Origin: Candidatus Eiseniibacteriota bacterium
GTDB lineage: Bacteria > Eisenbacteria > RBG-16-71-46 > CAVPCR01
Assembly (NCBI GenBank): GCA_963823555.1
Contig: CAWGMA010000001.1
Coordinates: 1,856,001 to 1,920,000 of the forward strand
Direction of reading: 5' to 3'
DNA length: 64,000 nt
The notes below the pieces were generated by a model. It had not been told where the DNA came from and ran no database searches. It saw nothing but the letters and a program-made list of their open reading frames with translations. Positions 10,441 through 18,902 of the stretch are shown piece after piece (positions within the stretch are counted from its first letter, which is position 1; the number at the start of each line of letters is the position of its first letter). The position numbers and the translations under genes are program-made.

Positions 10441-11307
10441 CTAGGGCGCGAAGAAGAGCTCGTTCTTGTAGATCTCGCTCAACGTGAGCACCGTGATCAG
10501 CGCCGGGTTGATGTTCTTGAAATAGAGCTCGATCACGTCCCCGACCTTTCCAATCCCCGACTTGGGCACGATCAGCACGTCCTGCCCGCGCAGGGCGAGG
10601 TCCTGGCCGCTCACCGGTTCGCTGATCAGCTTCTCCAGGTTCACCCTCACCGCCGCCACGCGCCCGCCACCCATCGGACGCACGAGCACGACCTCGTTCC
10701 GCTGGGCCTTGATCGTGAATCCCCCGGCGGTGGCAATCGCCTGGAGAGCCGTCAGCGGGCCGGTGAGCGGGATTTCGCGCGGCGATGTCACCTCCCCGAG
10801 GACGAAGACTCGCTCACCGGCAAACCGGGTGATGATGACCGATAGCGAAGGATCGACGAGAATGCGTCCGAACCCGGCGGTCAGTACCGAGTCGAGTCCG
10901 GCCGGTGTCAGCCCCGCAGCGAGGACATCATCGACACCACGGACCGAGATCCGCCCGTCCGGGCGCACGATGACACGCGATGCGTTGGTCGCCGGCTCCG
11001 GATCGGACAGGAATTCGATCAAGATCTCATCCCCGACCCGGATCCGATAGTCGCTCTGGTACTCGAACGTGGGATCGAACTCCCACGGCACTGGGGTGAC
11101 CTGCTCTCCTGGCTGCAACTCCTTGATGTTGGGTCCAGCGCAGGCCAGAATCGCGAGCAGAACGGCCACCATGCCGACAGGTCGGATTCGACCCGGGTGG
11201 GCTCTAGAGGAAGGAATAGCGGCCGACGCAGCGGAATGGATTCGCGCCTGGACCCATAGCTGGACCACACCCTTGACGGGTGGTTCTCGCCGTTCAGGCT
11301 CGACCAT
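10441..11307 (-). CDS. wza: Wza/OPX polysaccharide export lipoprotein (start uncertain: 11307, 11268 or 11172)
   Basis: LAILA-C lipobox, YRIRVGD, VRPDGRIS (Poly_export), VFVLGEV and AGG (SLBB), amphipathic C-terminal helix. Confidence 0.85.
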   Translation of the reverse strand: MVEPERREPPVKGVVQLWVQARIHSAASAAIPSSRAHPGRIRPVGMVAVLLAILACAGPNIKELQPGEQVTPVPWEFDPTFEYQSDYRIRVGDEILIEFLSDPEPATNASRVIVRPDGRISVRGVDDVLAAGLTPAGLDSVLTAGFGRILVDPSLSVIITRFAGERVFVLGEVTSPREIPLTGPLTALQAIATAGGFTIKAQRNEVVLVRPMGGGRVAAVRVNLEKLISEPVSGQDLALRGQDVLIVPKSGIGKVGDVIELYFKNINPALITVLTLSEIYKNELFFAP

Positions 11308-11347
11308 TCCCTCGTGCTCGCGAAAACCGACCACAGACTCGTCACTT

Positions 11348-11376
11348 AGCATAACCCGCGTCCCCAGCCCGGTCAA
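11348..11376 (-). promoter_or_regulatory. Sigma70-type promoter of the polysaccharide operon
   Basis: TTGACC (11376-11371), 17 nt, TATGCT (11353-11348) on the minus strand. Confidence 0.65.
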
Positions 11377-12515
11377 CGCTGCCGGCTCCGGCCGGATCGT
11401 GCCACCCCGCCGCGACCACCGGACCCGGCCCGCCCCGTGCTTGGTCCCGCCTTGGCACCTCGCCTCGCCCCGACCCGATCCATGCCGCCGAGGACGAGGG
11501 CGGCCAGGAGCGGCAGCATGATCTCGTGGTGTCCGATGATCTCGATGCCCTCGCCGATACCCCGCGTCGGCCGTTCGAGGACGTTCTTCCCCGGACGGTA
11601 GTGCCGCTGGAAGTCGAAGTTGGCGGTGGTCAGAGCGCTGAGGGGTTCTCCCAGGTTCCTGACCACGCTCAGCGCCTTCAAGAAGACCTCCGGCATGATG
11701 ACCGCCGACCCCAGGTTCAGGACCACCCCGCCCGAGAGCCCGCGCAGCGCAGCCGCCAGGCGGCGAAAATCCCGGAACGTGGTCTCCCCGATCGCCCGAC
11801 CCGAGGCGCTGGGATGCTGGTGCAGGATGTCGGTTCCGATCGCCACGTGCACGGTGACCGGAATTCCCAGCTCGTAGCCTGTAGCCAGAAGGCTACCATC
11901 GCGATACGGAGCCCGGAGCGCAAACAAGCTCTGGCCCAGCACCTCCCCGAGCCCGATGCCCTGGCGTTCCCCCTCGGCGGTAGCGGCATTCATGAGCTCG
12001 GCCGTCTCCCCCGCCATGCCGAAAGCACCCGCATCGAGGGTCTCTTCCACGGTTTCGGACGTTTTGCCCCACATGGCTAGCTCGAAATCATGGATGGCGG
12101 CTGCCCCATTCATGGCAAAGGCGGTGATGACCCCCCGCCTGGCCAGGGCAACCAGGGCGGAGCTCGCGCCGACCTTGACGACATGTCCGCCCAGCATGGC
12201 GACCACCGGGCGCCCTCCCGCGGCGGCGTCCAGGATGGCGCCGACCAGGCGGCGGAGGCCCTCGGCAGCCAGCTGGCGGGGCAGGAAGTCCAGGAAATCA
12301 CCGATCGGGCGCGTAGGATCGGGAGCGGGAGCCAGGTCCGCGATCTGGACCTTGCTGCCACGGCTGGCGATGGGCACGGCCTGGATCCCAGCCAGGTCCA
12401 CCTCGGGCCAGCGGGGAGGCTTCGGGCTCGGGGCCGGGCTGTCCTGTCGGCGATCCCCGCGCTGGGGAGTGCTCCGCGCCCGACCGCGGGGCCGCACGCC
12501 CTTCGGCTGGCTCAT
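11373..12515 (-). CDS. Conserved hypothetical protein, deoxyhypusine-synthase-like (GSU2086-like)
   Basis: LGGHVVKVG, MNGAAAIHDFE, VHVAIGTD, NLGSAVIMPEVFLKA, GHHEIMLP. Start ATG 12515 follows the DUF3108 stop. Confidence 0.7.
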   Translation of the reverse strand: MSQPKGVRPRGRARSTPQRGDRRQDSPAPSPKPPRWPEVDLAGIQAVPIASRGSKVQIADLAPAPDPTRPIGDFLDFLPRQLAAEGLRRLVGAILDAAAGGRPVVAMLGGHVVKVGASSALVALARRGVITAFAMNGAAAIHDFELAMWGKTSETVEETLDAGAFGMAGETAELMNAATAEGERQGIGLGEVLGQSLFALRAPYRDGSLLATGYELGIPVTVHVAIGTDILHQHPSASGRAIGETTFRDFRRLAAALRGLSGGVVLNLGSAVIMPEVFLKALSVVRNLGEPLSALTTANFDFQRHYRPGKNVLERPTRGIGEGIEIIGHHEIMLPLLAALVLGGMDRVGARRGAKAGPSTGRAGSGGRGGVARSGRSRQR

Positions 12516-12529
12516 TTTGGGCCTCGTCT

Positions 12530-13438
12530 TCAGTTCGTGTTCGACTCGGGGAGACCCAGGGTGGTTGCTGGATCCCCCGGTTCGATCCCGGTCAGGATGG
12601 CGGCCACGGCCCCCACCTTGATCTGGCTCTTCATCAGCACCGGGAGGCGCCGTTCGTCCCGAGTCAACCACACCGTGAGCGACCCCGTGCGGCGAAAGAG
12701 CCCGCTCGTCATGAGCTTGGGTTCGACCACCCAGCAATCGAATCTGCCGACGGGAGTGTCGATCGTCTCCTCGCGCAGCACATGGATGTTCAGCGAGTAG
12801 CTCTTCTTGCCGTCGTGGGCCTCGATCGGAATCGAGCTGCCGACCTCGAGCGGTACGGTACGCACATAGTACATGGCACCCAGGACATCGCGCGCGCCGG
12901 GGATGAGATCGAGCGTGGATCCATCACTGTAATGGAGTTCTTGAACCTCTTGGTCCCACTCGACTTGCTGATCGAGGCGGTAGCTTCCCTCGCGGATCCG
13001 CCGCGTCGAGCGACGAGTGACGAGGGTGACGAAGTCGGCGTAACTCTCGATGCGGTCGTCGACCTTGTAGAACGCCGAGAAGAGGGGTAGAGACTTGGCC
13101 GTGGAAGCAAAGCGGTAGCACTCCCGGCCGTCCACCATCTCGATCGCCTCGACCGCGAGCATCGCCACGCCGGCCTTGATCGGCCCCCACTGCAGGGAGA
13201 ACCTGAGTTTCTCGCCCACCGCAAACGGTCGCGGGAATGGAATCTCCCTGGGCGGGAGGAGTGCTGCAACCGAGTCCGCGGCGAGCGACGCCGCCGCAGA
13301 ATCCACCGCTCCCGCAACGTCCTCGGGCAGATCCGAGTACTCCGATTCGGCCTCGTCGCCGTCACTCGCAGTGAGCGGCGCCGGGATCAGGCCGACCAGG
13401 ATCAGCACCACCGGGAGGAGCCAAACAGATCGAAACAT
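12530..13438 (-). CDS. DUF3108-like exported protein
   Basis: Signal peptide, FAVGEKLRF, FYKVDD, TPVGRFDCWVVEP, WLTRDERRLPV. Confidence 0.75.
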   Translation of the reverse strand: MFRSVWLLPVVLILVGLIPAPLTASDGDEAESEYSDLPEDVAGAVDSAAASLAADSVAALLPPREIPFPRPFAVGEKLRFSLQWGPIKAGVAMLAVEAIEMVDGRECYRFASTAKSLPLFSAFYKVDDRIESYADFVTLVTRRSTRRIREGSYRLDQQVEWDQEVQELHYSDGSTLDLIPGARDVLGAMYYVRTVPLEVGSSIPIEAHDGKKSYSLNIHVLREETIDTPVGRFDCWVVEPKLMTSGLFRRTGSLTVWLTRDERRLPVLMKSQIKVGAVAAILTGIEPGDPATTLGLPESNTN

Positions 13439-13582
13439 CGCCTCCAGAGTCCAGCTTCGGGGCACACCAGAGTGGCCGGGAAGGGTAACCCACCAGGCGC
13501 GCCCGGCCTAGCTTGTTTCCACGACGGCCGGGGAACACCATCCATGAACCCGGGACCCCATTGCCCCTCGGATTCGCCTCTC

Positions 13583-13611
13583 TTGACCCCCCGCCGGGGC
13601 TCTCCTAGGAT
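13583..13611 (+). promoter_or_regulatory. Sigma70-type promoter of the aminotransferase
   Basis: TTGACC, 17 nt, TAGGAT. An AAGGAG RBS precedes GTG 13657. Confidence 0.7.
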
Positions 13612-13656
13612 GGAATCCTCCATTCGGCGCCGTCATGACCAAAAGGAGCACGACCC

Positions 13657-14892
13657 GTGCCGGAAATCTCACGCCGCGCCCGACAGGCACCACCTTCTCC
13701 GATCCGTCGTTTGATGCCCCTGGCCGACGCCGCTCGCCAGCGTGGGATCACCGTTCACCATCTGAACATCGGCCAGCCCGACCTCGTCACGCCGGAACCG
13801 ATGCGCGCGGCTCTCGGCCGCTACCGGGACCAGGTCATCGCCTACGGTCCCTCGGACGGGTTGCCCTCCTGCCGCACGGCGTTGCGTCGCTACTACGCCG
13901 ACGCTGGCATCCCGGTTACGGATCCCGAGTTCGTCGTCACCACGGCAGGCTCCGAGGCCATCCTGTTCGCGCTCGCCGCGGGGATCAACCCGGGTGAGTC
14001 GGTCCTAGTCCCCGAGCCGCTCTACGCCAACTATCTCGGGTTTGCCGCCGTCCTGGGCGTCGACGTGGTCGCCATCCCTTGTCACGTGGAGAACGGATAT
14101 CACCTTCCCATCGATCTCGACCGCTTCGTCGAGCCGGGCACGCGGGCGATCCTGTTCGCCAATCCCGGCAATCCCACCGGGACGGTCTATGGCCGCGACG
14201 AGCTCCAGCGCCTGATCGATCTCGCCCTGGCCCGCGATCTCTTCGTGATCGCCGATGAGGTCTACCGCGAGTTCGTCTATGACGGCACGGAACGCGCGAT
14301 AAGCGTCCTCGAGTTCCCGGAGATCCGGGACCGCGCAATCGTCGTCGACAGCATGTCCAAGCGCTACAGCCTGTGTGGAGCCCGCGTGGGCACGATCGTG
14401 AGCCGGAACGCCGAGCTCATGGCCGCGGTACGCCGCTTCGCCATGGCTCGCCTCTCACCGCCGGTGCTCGGTCAGCTCGTCGTGGCCGCCGCGGACGAGC
14501 TGGGACCGGATTACTTTGCCGAGGTACGAGCCGCCTACCGTTCGCGGCGCGACCTGACGGTCAAGGCGCTGCGCGCCATCACGGGTGTGACCTGCCCCGA
14601 ACCGGAAGGGGCCTTCTACGTCATGGCTCGCCTGCCGGTCCCCGACGCCGAGGCGTTCGTGCGATTCCTGCTCGAGTCGTTCGCCATCGATGGCGAGACC
14701 ACCATGCTGGCGCCGGGGAACGGCTTCTATCATACGCCGGGCGGCGGCGCCGACGAGGTGCGGGTGGCGTACGTCCTCGCCGAGGACAAGCTCGAGCGCG
14801 CGCTGCGGATCGTGACCGAGGGACTCGTGGCCTACAAGGCCGTGGCTCCGGCCCGCCCGGCGGCGGCCGCCGCTTCCCCACGCTCGGGCTAG
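13657..14892 (+). CDS. PLP-dependent aminotransferase class I/II (aspartate aminotransferase-like)
   Basis: LNIGQPD, NPGNPTG, ADEVY, DSMSKRYSLCGARVG (PLP lysine), PEGAFY. Confidence 0.92.
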   Translation: MPEISRRARQAPPSPIRRLMPLADAARQRGITVHHLNIGQPDLVTPEPMRAALGRYRDQVIAYGPSDGLPSCRTALRRYYADAGIPVTDPEFVVTTAGSEAILFALAAGINPGESVLVPEPLYANYLGFAAVLGVDVVAIPCHVENGYHLPIDLDRFVEPGTRAILFANPGNPTGTVYGRDELQRLIDLALARDLFVIADEVYREFVYDGTERAISVLEFPEIRDRAIVVDSMSKRYSLCGARVGTIVSRNAELMAAVRRFAMARLSPPVLGQLVVAAADELGPDYFAEVRAAYRSRRDLTVKALRAITGVTCPEPEGAFYVMARLPVPDAEAFVRFLLESFAIDGETTMLAPGNGFYHTPGGGADEVRVAYVLAEDKLERALRIVTEGLVAYKAVAPARPAAAAASPRSG

Positions 14893-16508
14893 CGCGCGCG
14901 GACGATCTTCTCGACCGCTTCCTCTCCGCCCGCGGTGAGCCGGACGAAGTAGACGCCGCGCGGCGCGCGGGTGGCACCGAGCCATGTCAGCTCATGCGGT
15001 CCCGCCGCGAGCATCCCCCGGTGCACGCACTCGATCGCGCGCCCGGCGGCATCGTAGATCTGGACCTCGACCTCGGCGGCCGCTGGCAAGCTGAATGCGA
15101 TCTCGACCGGGCCCGACGCCGGGATCGGCGCGGCCCGGAGCTGGAACCGGGAAGCGGTGGGCGCGGGCTCTCCGATCGGAGTCGTCTGCGGCATGAACTC
15201 ATAGGCCCCGATGTCGTAATAGCGAATCGGTAGCGCGCCCGTGTCCGGCACCGATGGCACATCGATGCGCGGGTTGCCGAGGATGTCGAACTGCGGCATG
15301 CCGTCGGAATAGCCGGCATCGATGCCGGGCGAATCCGGAGCCAGCGAGAAGACGAAGCTGTCCGCGTTCATGAAGCGCGGATCGGTGTTCCCGTTGTGCG
15401 CGCCCGGGTAGGGTGCCGGGGTATCGAGGATCGAGTAGTAGATGGTCGCGGTCGAGATCGAATCGAGATACACCGGGGTCACCGAGTTCCAGGCGATCGA
15501 GTTGCCGACGACGATGCGAGCCCCACCGGCATACATGTACTTCTCGTAGGCGGCAAAGGCGCGATTGCACCTGTAGGCCACGCAGTTGAAGATGCTGAGC
15601 GTGGAATGGGCGGTGGCGGTGAATCCCTCGTTGGCATCGGCGACGACCGAATTCTCGATGATGACTTGACTCGAGAACTCGCTGACCGAGACCCCCTTGT
15701 CGTTGCAGTTGTAGGCCTCGAAACAGCTCATCCGGGTCTGGATCCCGAAATGATCGATGTCGAGACCGTCGTCGCCGACATCGATAGCGACGTTATTGTG
15801 GAAGTTGATTTCGGCCTGCTCCGCGGAGGTAATGCTGTAGGCATCGTCGAAGCAGCTCACGACGCGACAATCCTCGACGGTGGTGGAGCAATGATCCCAG
15901 CTGTTGAAGCCCTGCCGGTAGGTATACTGGACGAGGTTGCGGCGAAAGACCACGCTTCCGCCCTGGAACTCGGTGGCGTCGAGCCCGGCGTTGGAGAGAA
16001 CGCAGTCCTCCACAATCGTGTTACCGACGGCGTTCGAGATCATGCCCTCGTGATCGGTGTTGTAGATGATGGGCTGGTCCGAGCTCCATTCGAGGCGGCA
16101 GTGGCGGAAGGTCAGCTCGGCACCGAAGCCCGCGACCACACCCCAGCGACCGGCCTGGTTGCGCTTGAAGGTGATGATCGAATCCGGCGTGCCTTCGGCG
16201 AGGAGCGTCCCGTTGTCGATCACGAGCGACTGGCCGGGGTCCAAGCGCACCTGGACCCCGGGGCGGATGGTGAGCGTCACGCCGGGCAGCACGAGCACGT
16301 TGCCGGCCACGATGTAGGGCGATCCGGCCACGTTCCAGGTGGCGTCGGCCGGGATCGGCCCGGTCACCTGGGTGCTGGCGCCGGCCGCGTGAGAGATCGT
16401 GACCCCGAGGAGGAGACCGATGCCAAGCACGAGGGCAAAGCGAGCGCGAGCGAAAACGTCCGTGTCACGGCGAGGTGGATGAAGCACGGTCCCCGCAGGG
16501 CGCAGCAT
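14889..16508 (-). CDS. Secreted right-handed beta-helix protein with T9SS/FlgD-Ig-like C-terminal sorting domain
   Basis: Signal peptide, GSPY..GVTLTIRPG, DD-rich beta-helix repeats, DPRF...SPGIDAG...DIGAYE, tail YDAAGR...GVYFVRL...K. Start ATG 16508 has a GAGG RBS (alternative 16520). Confidence 0.78.
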   Translation of the reverse strand: MLRPAGTVLHPPRRDTDVFARARFALVLGIGLLLGVTISHAAGASTQVTGPIPADATWNVAGSPYIVAGNVLVLPGVTLTIRPGVQVRLDPGQSLVIDNGTLLAEGTPDSIITFKRNQAGRWGVVAGFGAELTFRHCRLEWSSDQPIIYNTDHEGMISNAVGNTIVEDCVLSNAGLDATEFQGGSVVFRRNLVQYTYRQGFNSWDHCSTTVEDCRVVSCFDDAYSITSAEQAEINFHNNVAIDVGDDGLDIDHFGIQTRMSCFEAYNCNDKGVSVSEFSSQVIIENSVVADANEGFTATAHSTLSIFNCVAYRCNRAFAAYEKYMYAGGARIVVGNSIAWNSVTPVYLDSISTATIYYSILDTPAPYPGAHNGNTDPRFMNADSFVFSLAPDSPGIDAGYSDGMPQFDILGNPRIDVPSVPDTGALPIRYYDIGAYEFMPQTTPIGEPAPTASRFQLRAAPIPASGPVEIAFSLPAAAEVEVQIYDAAGRAIECVHRGMLAAGPHELTWLGATRAPRGVYFVRLTAGGEEAVEKIVRAR

Positions 16509-16556
16509 GATGTACCTCATAGGAGGGGGCTACGGGCGACGTCTCTGATGTCTCTA

Positions 16557-16585
16557 AGGATAATGTGCCGGCACGAGCGTCGCAA
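16557..16585 (-). promoter_or_regulatory. Sigma70-type promoter of the secreted protein gene
   Basis: TTGCGA, 17 nt, TATCCT on the minus strand. Confidence 0.55.
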
Positions 16586-16724
16586 GCGCCATGCACCTGC
16601 GGCCTCTGCCGCAGCTCGCCGCCTCGTCGCGGTGCAGCGTCCGAGTGGGGAATCACACCCCGGTGTGTCCAATCGGCTCGCTTCCCGCCGCTTCGCAGGG
16701 CGAGAAGCCCCGGCCGCGAAGGCC

Positions 16725-17576
16725 TCAGCGTGGTGAATACACGCCGTCGAAGACGAACGAGGCCGGGCCCTCGATGACCACCCCCTCACCCTCCTGGTAA
16801 CGGGTGACCAGACTGCCCCCGGGGAGATCGACCCGAAGCGGCGGGCGGGCGCGCCCGCGAAGGATCATGGCGACGGTGGCGGCCGCGGCTCCCGAGCCGC
16901 AGGCAAGCGTCTCGCCGCTCCCCCGCTCCCAGACCCGGAGCTTCAAGTGATCCGGGGCCGCCACCTCGACGAACCCGACGTTGGTGCGGCTCGGGAAACG
17001 AGGATCCTTCTCGAGCCGTGGTCCAAGGACCGAGACGGGTGCGGCCCCGGCATCGCTGACCTCGATCACGAGGTGCGGATTGCCCATCGAGAGAGCGCTC
17101 ACCGTGAGCTCCGCCCCATCGACGACCAGCCGCTCGCCGATCACCCGTCCCGCTGCCGGCTCGCCCCGCATGGGCACCTCACTGCGCGCCAGAGCCGGCC
17201 GGCCGAGATCGGTGCGCACGGCGCGCACGCTGCCATCGGGATCGAGCAACAGCGTGGCCCGGATCAGACCCGCGCCTGTCTCGATCGTGAGCTCGGCCTG
17301 GCGGGTCAGCCCGCGCTCGTAGACGTAGCGGGCAATGCATCGCAGAGCATTGCCGCACATCCCGGATTCGGAACCGTCCGCGTTCCACATGCGCATGCGG
17401 AAATCGGCCTGATCGGAAGGCATGATCAGGACGAGCCCGTCGCTGCCGATGCCGAAATGGCGATCCGACATGGCGCGGGCGAGCCCTTCCGGATCGGCGA
17501 GATCGACCTCGAACCCGTTCACGTAGATGTAATCGTTCCCGAGGCCGTGCATCTTGGTGAACGGGATCGCCGGCAT
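16725..17576 (-). CDS. dapF: Diaminopimelate epimerase
   Basis: FTKMHGLGNDY, MCGNA, GNPH, ERGSGETLACGSG. Confidence 0.96.
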   Translation of the reverse strand: MPAIPFTKMHGLGNDYIYVNGFEVDLADPEGLARAMSDRHFGIGSDGLVLIMPSDQADFRMRMWNADGSESGMCGNALRCIARYVYERGLTRQAELTIETGAGLIRATLLLDPDGSVRAVRTDLGRPALARSEVPMRGEPAAGRVIGERLVVDGAELTVSALSMGNPHLVIEVSDAGAAPVSVLGPRLEKDPRFPSRTNVGFVEVAAPDHLKLRVWERGSGETLACGSGAAAATVAMILRGRARPPLRVDLPGGSLVTRYQEGEGVVIEGPASFVFDGVYSPR

Positions 17577-17587
17577 CGCCGCCCTCC

Positions 17588-18871
17588 CTAGCCCAGGAGC
17601 TCAGCCGCCCGGAGCGGTCCCTCGGGCAGCGGACCAAGCGCGACGAGCGAGAACCGCTCCGGATGAAGCATCTCCTCGGCGAGCGCCATCACGTCGTCCA
17701 TGGTCACGGCCTCCACGCGCGCGATGAGCTCGGCAGCCGGGACGATCCGATCGTAGTACATCAGACCCTTGGCCAGCCGTCCCATGCGACTCCCCGTCGA
17801 CTCGAGGCCGAGGAGCAGGCTGCCGCTGAACTGTGACTTCATGTCGGCCACCTCGCCGGGCTCGAGACCATCCCGCTTGAGACGCCGGAACTCCTCGCCG
17901 ACGATGCGCAGAGCCCGCTTCCCCTCGCTCGGACTCACCGCCATGCCGCAGACCAGAATACCCTGGTCGCGGTGGAATTCCACGTCCGTGTACACCGAGT
18001 AGGCCAGCGCTTCGTCCTCGCGCACCCGCTGGAACAGACGAGAGCTCATCGAACCGCCGAGGATGCCGTTCAAGATGAGCAGAGCGAAGCGGCGGTCATC
18101 GCTGTAGGCGAGACCGGGGGCGCCGAGACAGAGGTTGAGCTGCGCCAGATCGCGCTCGAGACAGAGATCCCGCGGGCGATAGTCCAGAGGCACAGGGGAA
18201 GATGCCCGCAAAGGCAGGGATGGATCGAGAGCGAGGTGCTGCTCGGCCAGCCCGACGACCTCGTCGTGGACCAGGTTGCCGGCGGCAGCCACGACCACAC
18301 ATCCGGCGCGATAGGCGGCATGGAATCGCTCACGCACCACATCGGTGGTGAATGCGCGCACCGTCTCCCGCGTACCTAGAATCGGCGTGCCCAGGGGATG
18401 CCCGTGCCACACGCACTCCGAGACCAGGTCCTGGATGTGCTCGTCGGGGCTGTCCTCGTAGCTCTGGATCTCCTCGGTGACAACCTGCTTCTCCCGCTCC
18501 ACATGCTCAGCGACGAACAGCGAGTGTGAGAGGCAATCACCGATCAGATCGAGAGCGAGCGGCAGATGCTCATCGACGACACGCGCCTGGTAGCACGTGT
18601 ATTCGCGCGTGGTGTAGGCGTCGAGCGAGCTGCCCACCGATTCCAGGCAGCGGGCGATCTCGCGGGCGTCGCGGCGAGCTGTGCCCTTGAACATCATGTG
18701 TTCAAGGAAGTGCGAGATACCGAACACTGGGGGCGGTTCATCTCGCGACCCGCTCTGAACCCAGACGCCGACCGCCACCGAGCGCACGCCGGGCACGCGC
18801 TCGGTGACCACCACGCCGCCGCGGGCCAGCGGCGTCACTTGGACAGCCGCCGCGTGTTCCAGGAGATCCAT
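17588..18871 (-). CDS. M16 (pitrilysin-family) zinc peptidase
   Basis: GISHFLEHMMFKGT (HxxEH) and SSRLFQRVRE; usual position after pnp. Start ATG 18871. Confidence 0.92.
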   Translation of the reverse strand: MDLLEHAAAVQVTPLARGGVVVTERVPGVRSVAVGVWVQSGSRDEPPPVFGISHFLEHMMFKGTARRDAREIARCLESVGSSLDAYTTREYTCYQARVVDEHLPLALDLIGDCLSHSLFVAEHVEREKQVVTEEIQSYEDSPDEHIQDLVSECVWHGHPLGTPILGTRETVRAFTTDVVRERFHAAYRAGCVVVAAAGNLVHDEVVGLAEQHLALDPSLPLRASSPVPLDYRPRDLCLERDLAQLNLCLGAPGLAYSDDRRFALLILNGILGGSMSSRLFQRVREDEALAYSVYTDVEFHRDQGILVCGMAVSPSEGKRALRIVGEEFRRLKRDGLEPGEVADMKSQFSGSLLLGLESTGSRMGRLAKGLMYYDRIVPAAELIARVEAVTMDDVMALAEEMLHPERFSLVALGPLPEGPLRAAELLG

Positions 18872-18902
18872 GCGGTGGGCCACCGCCGCGCTTGCCGCCC
18901 CT

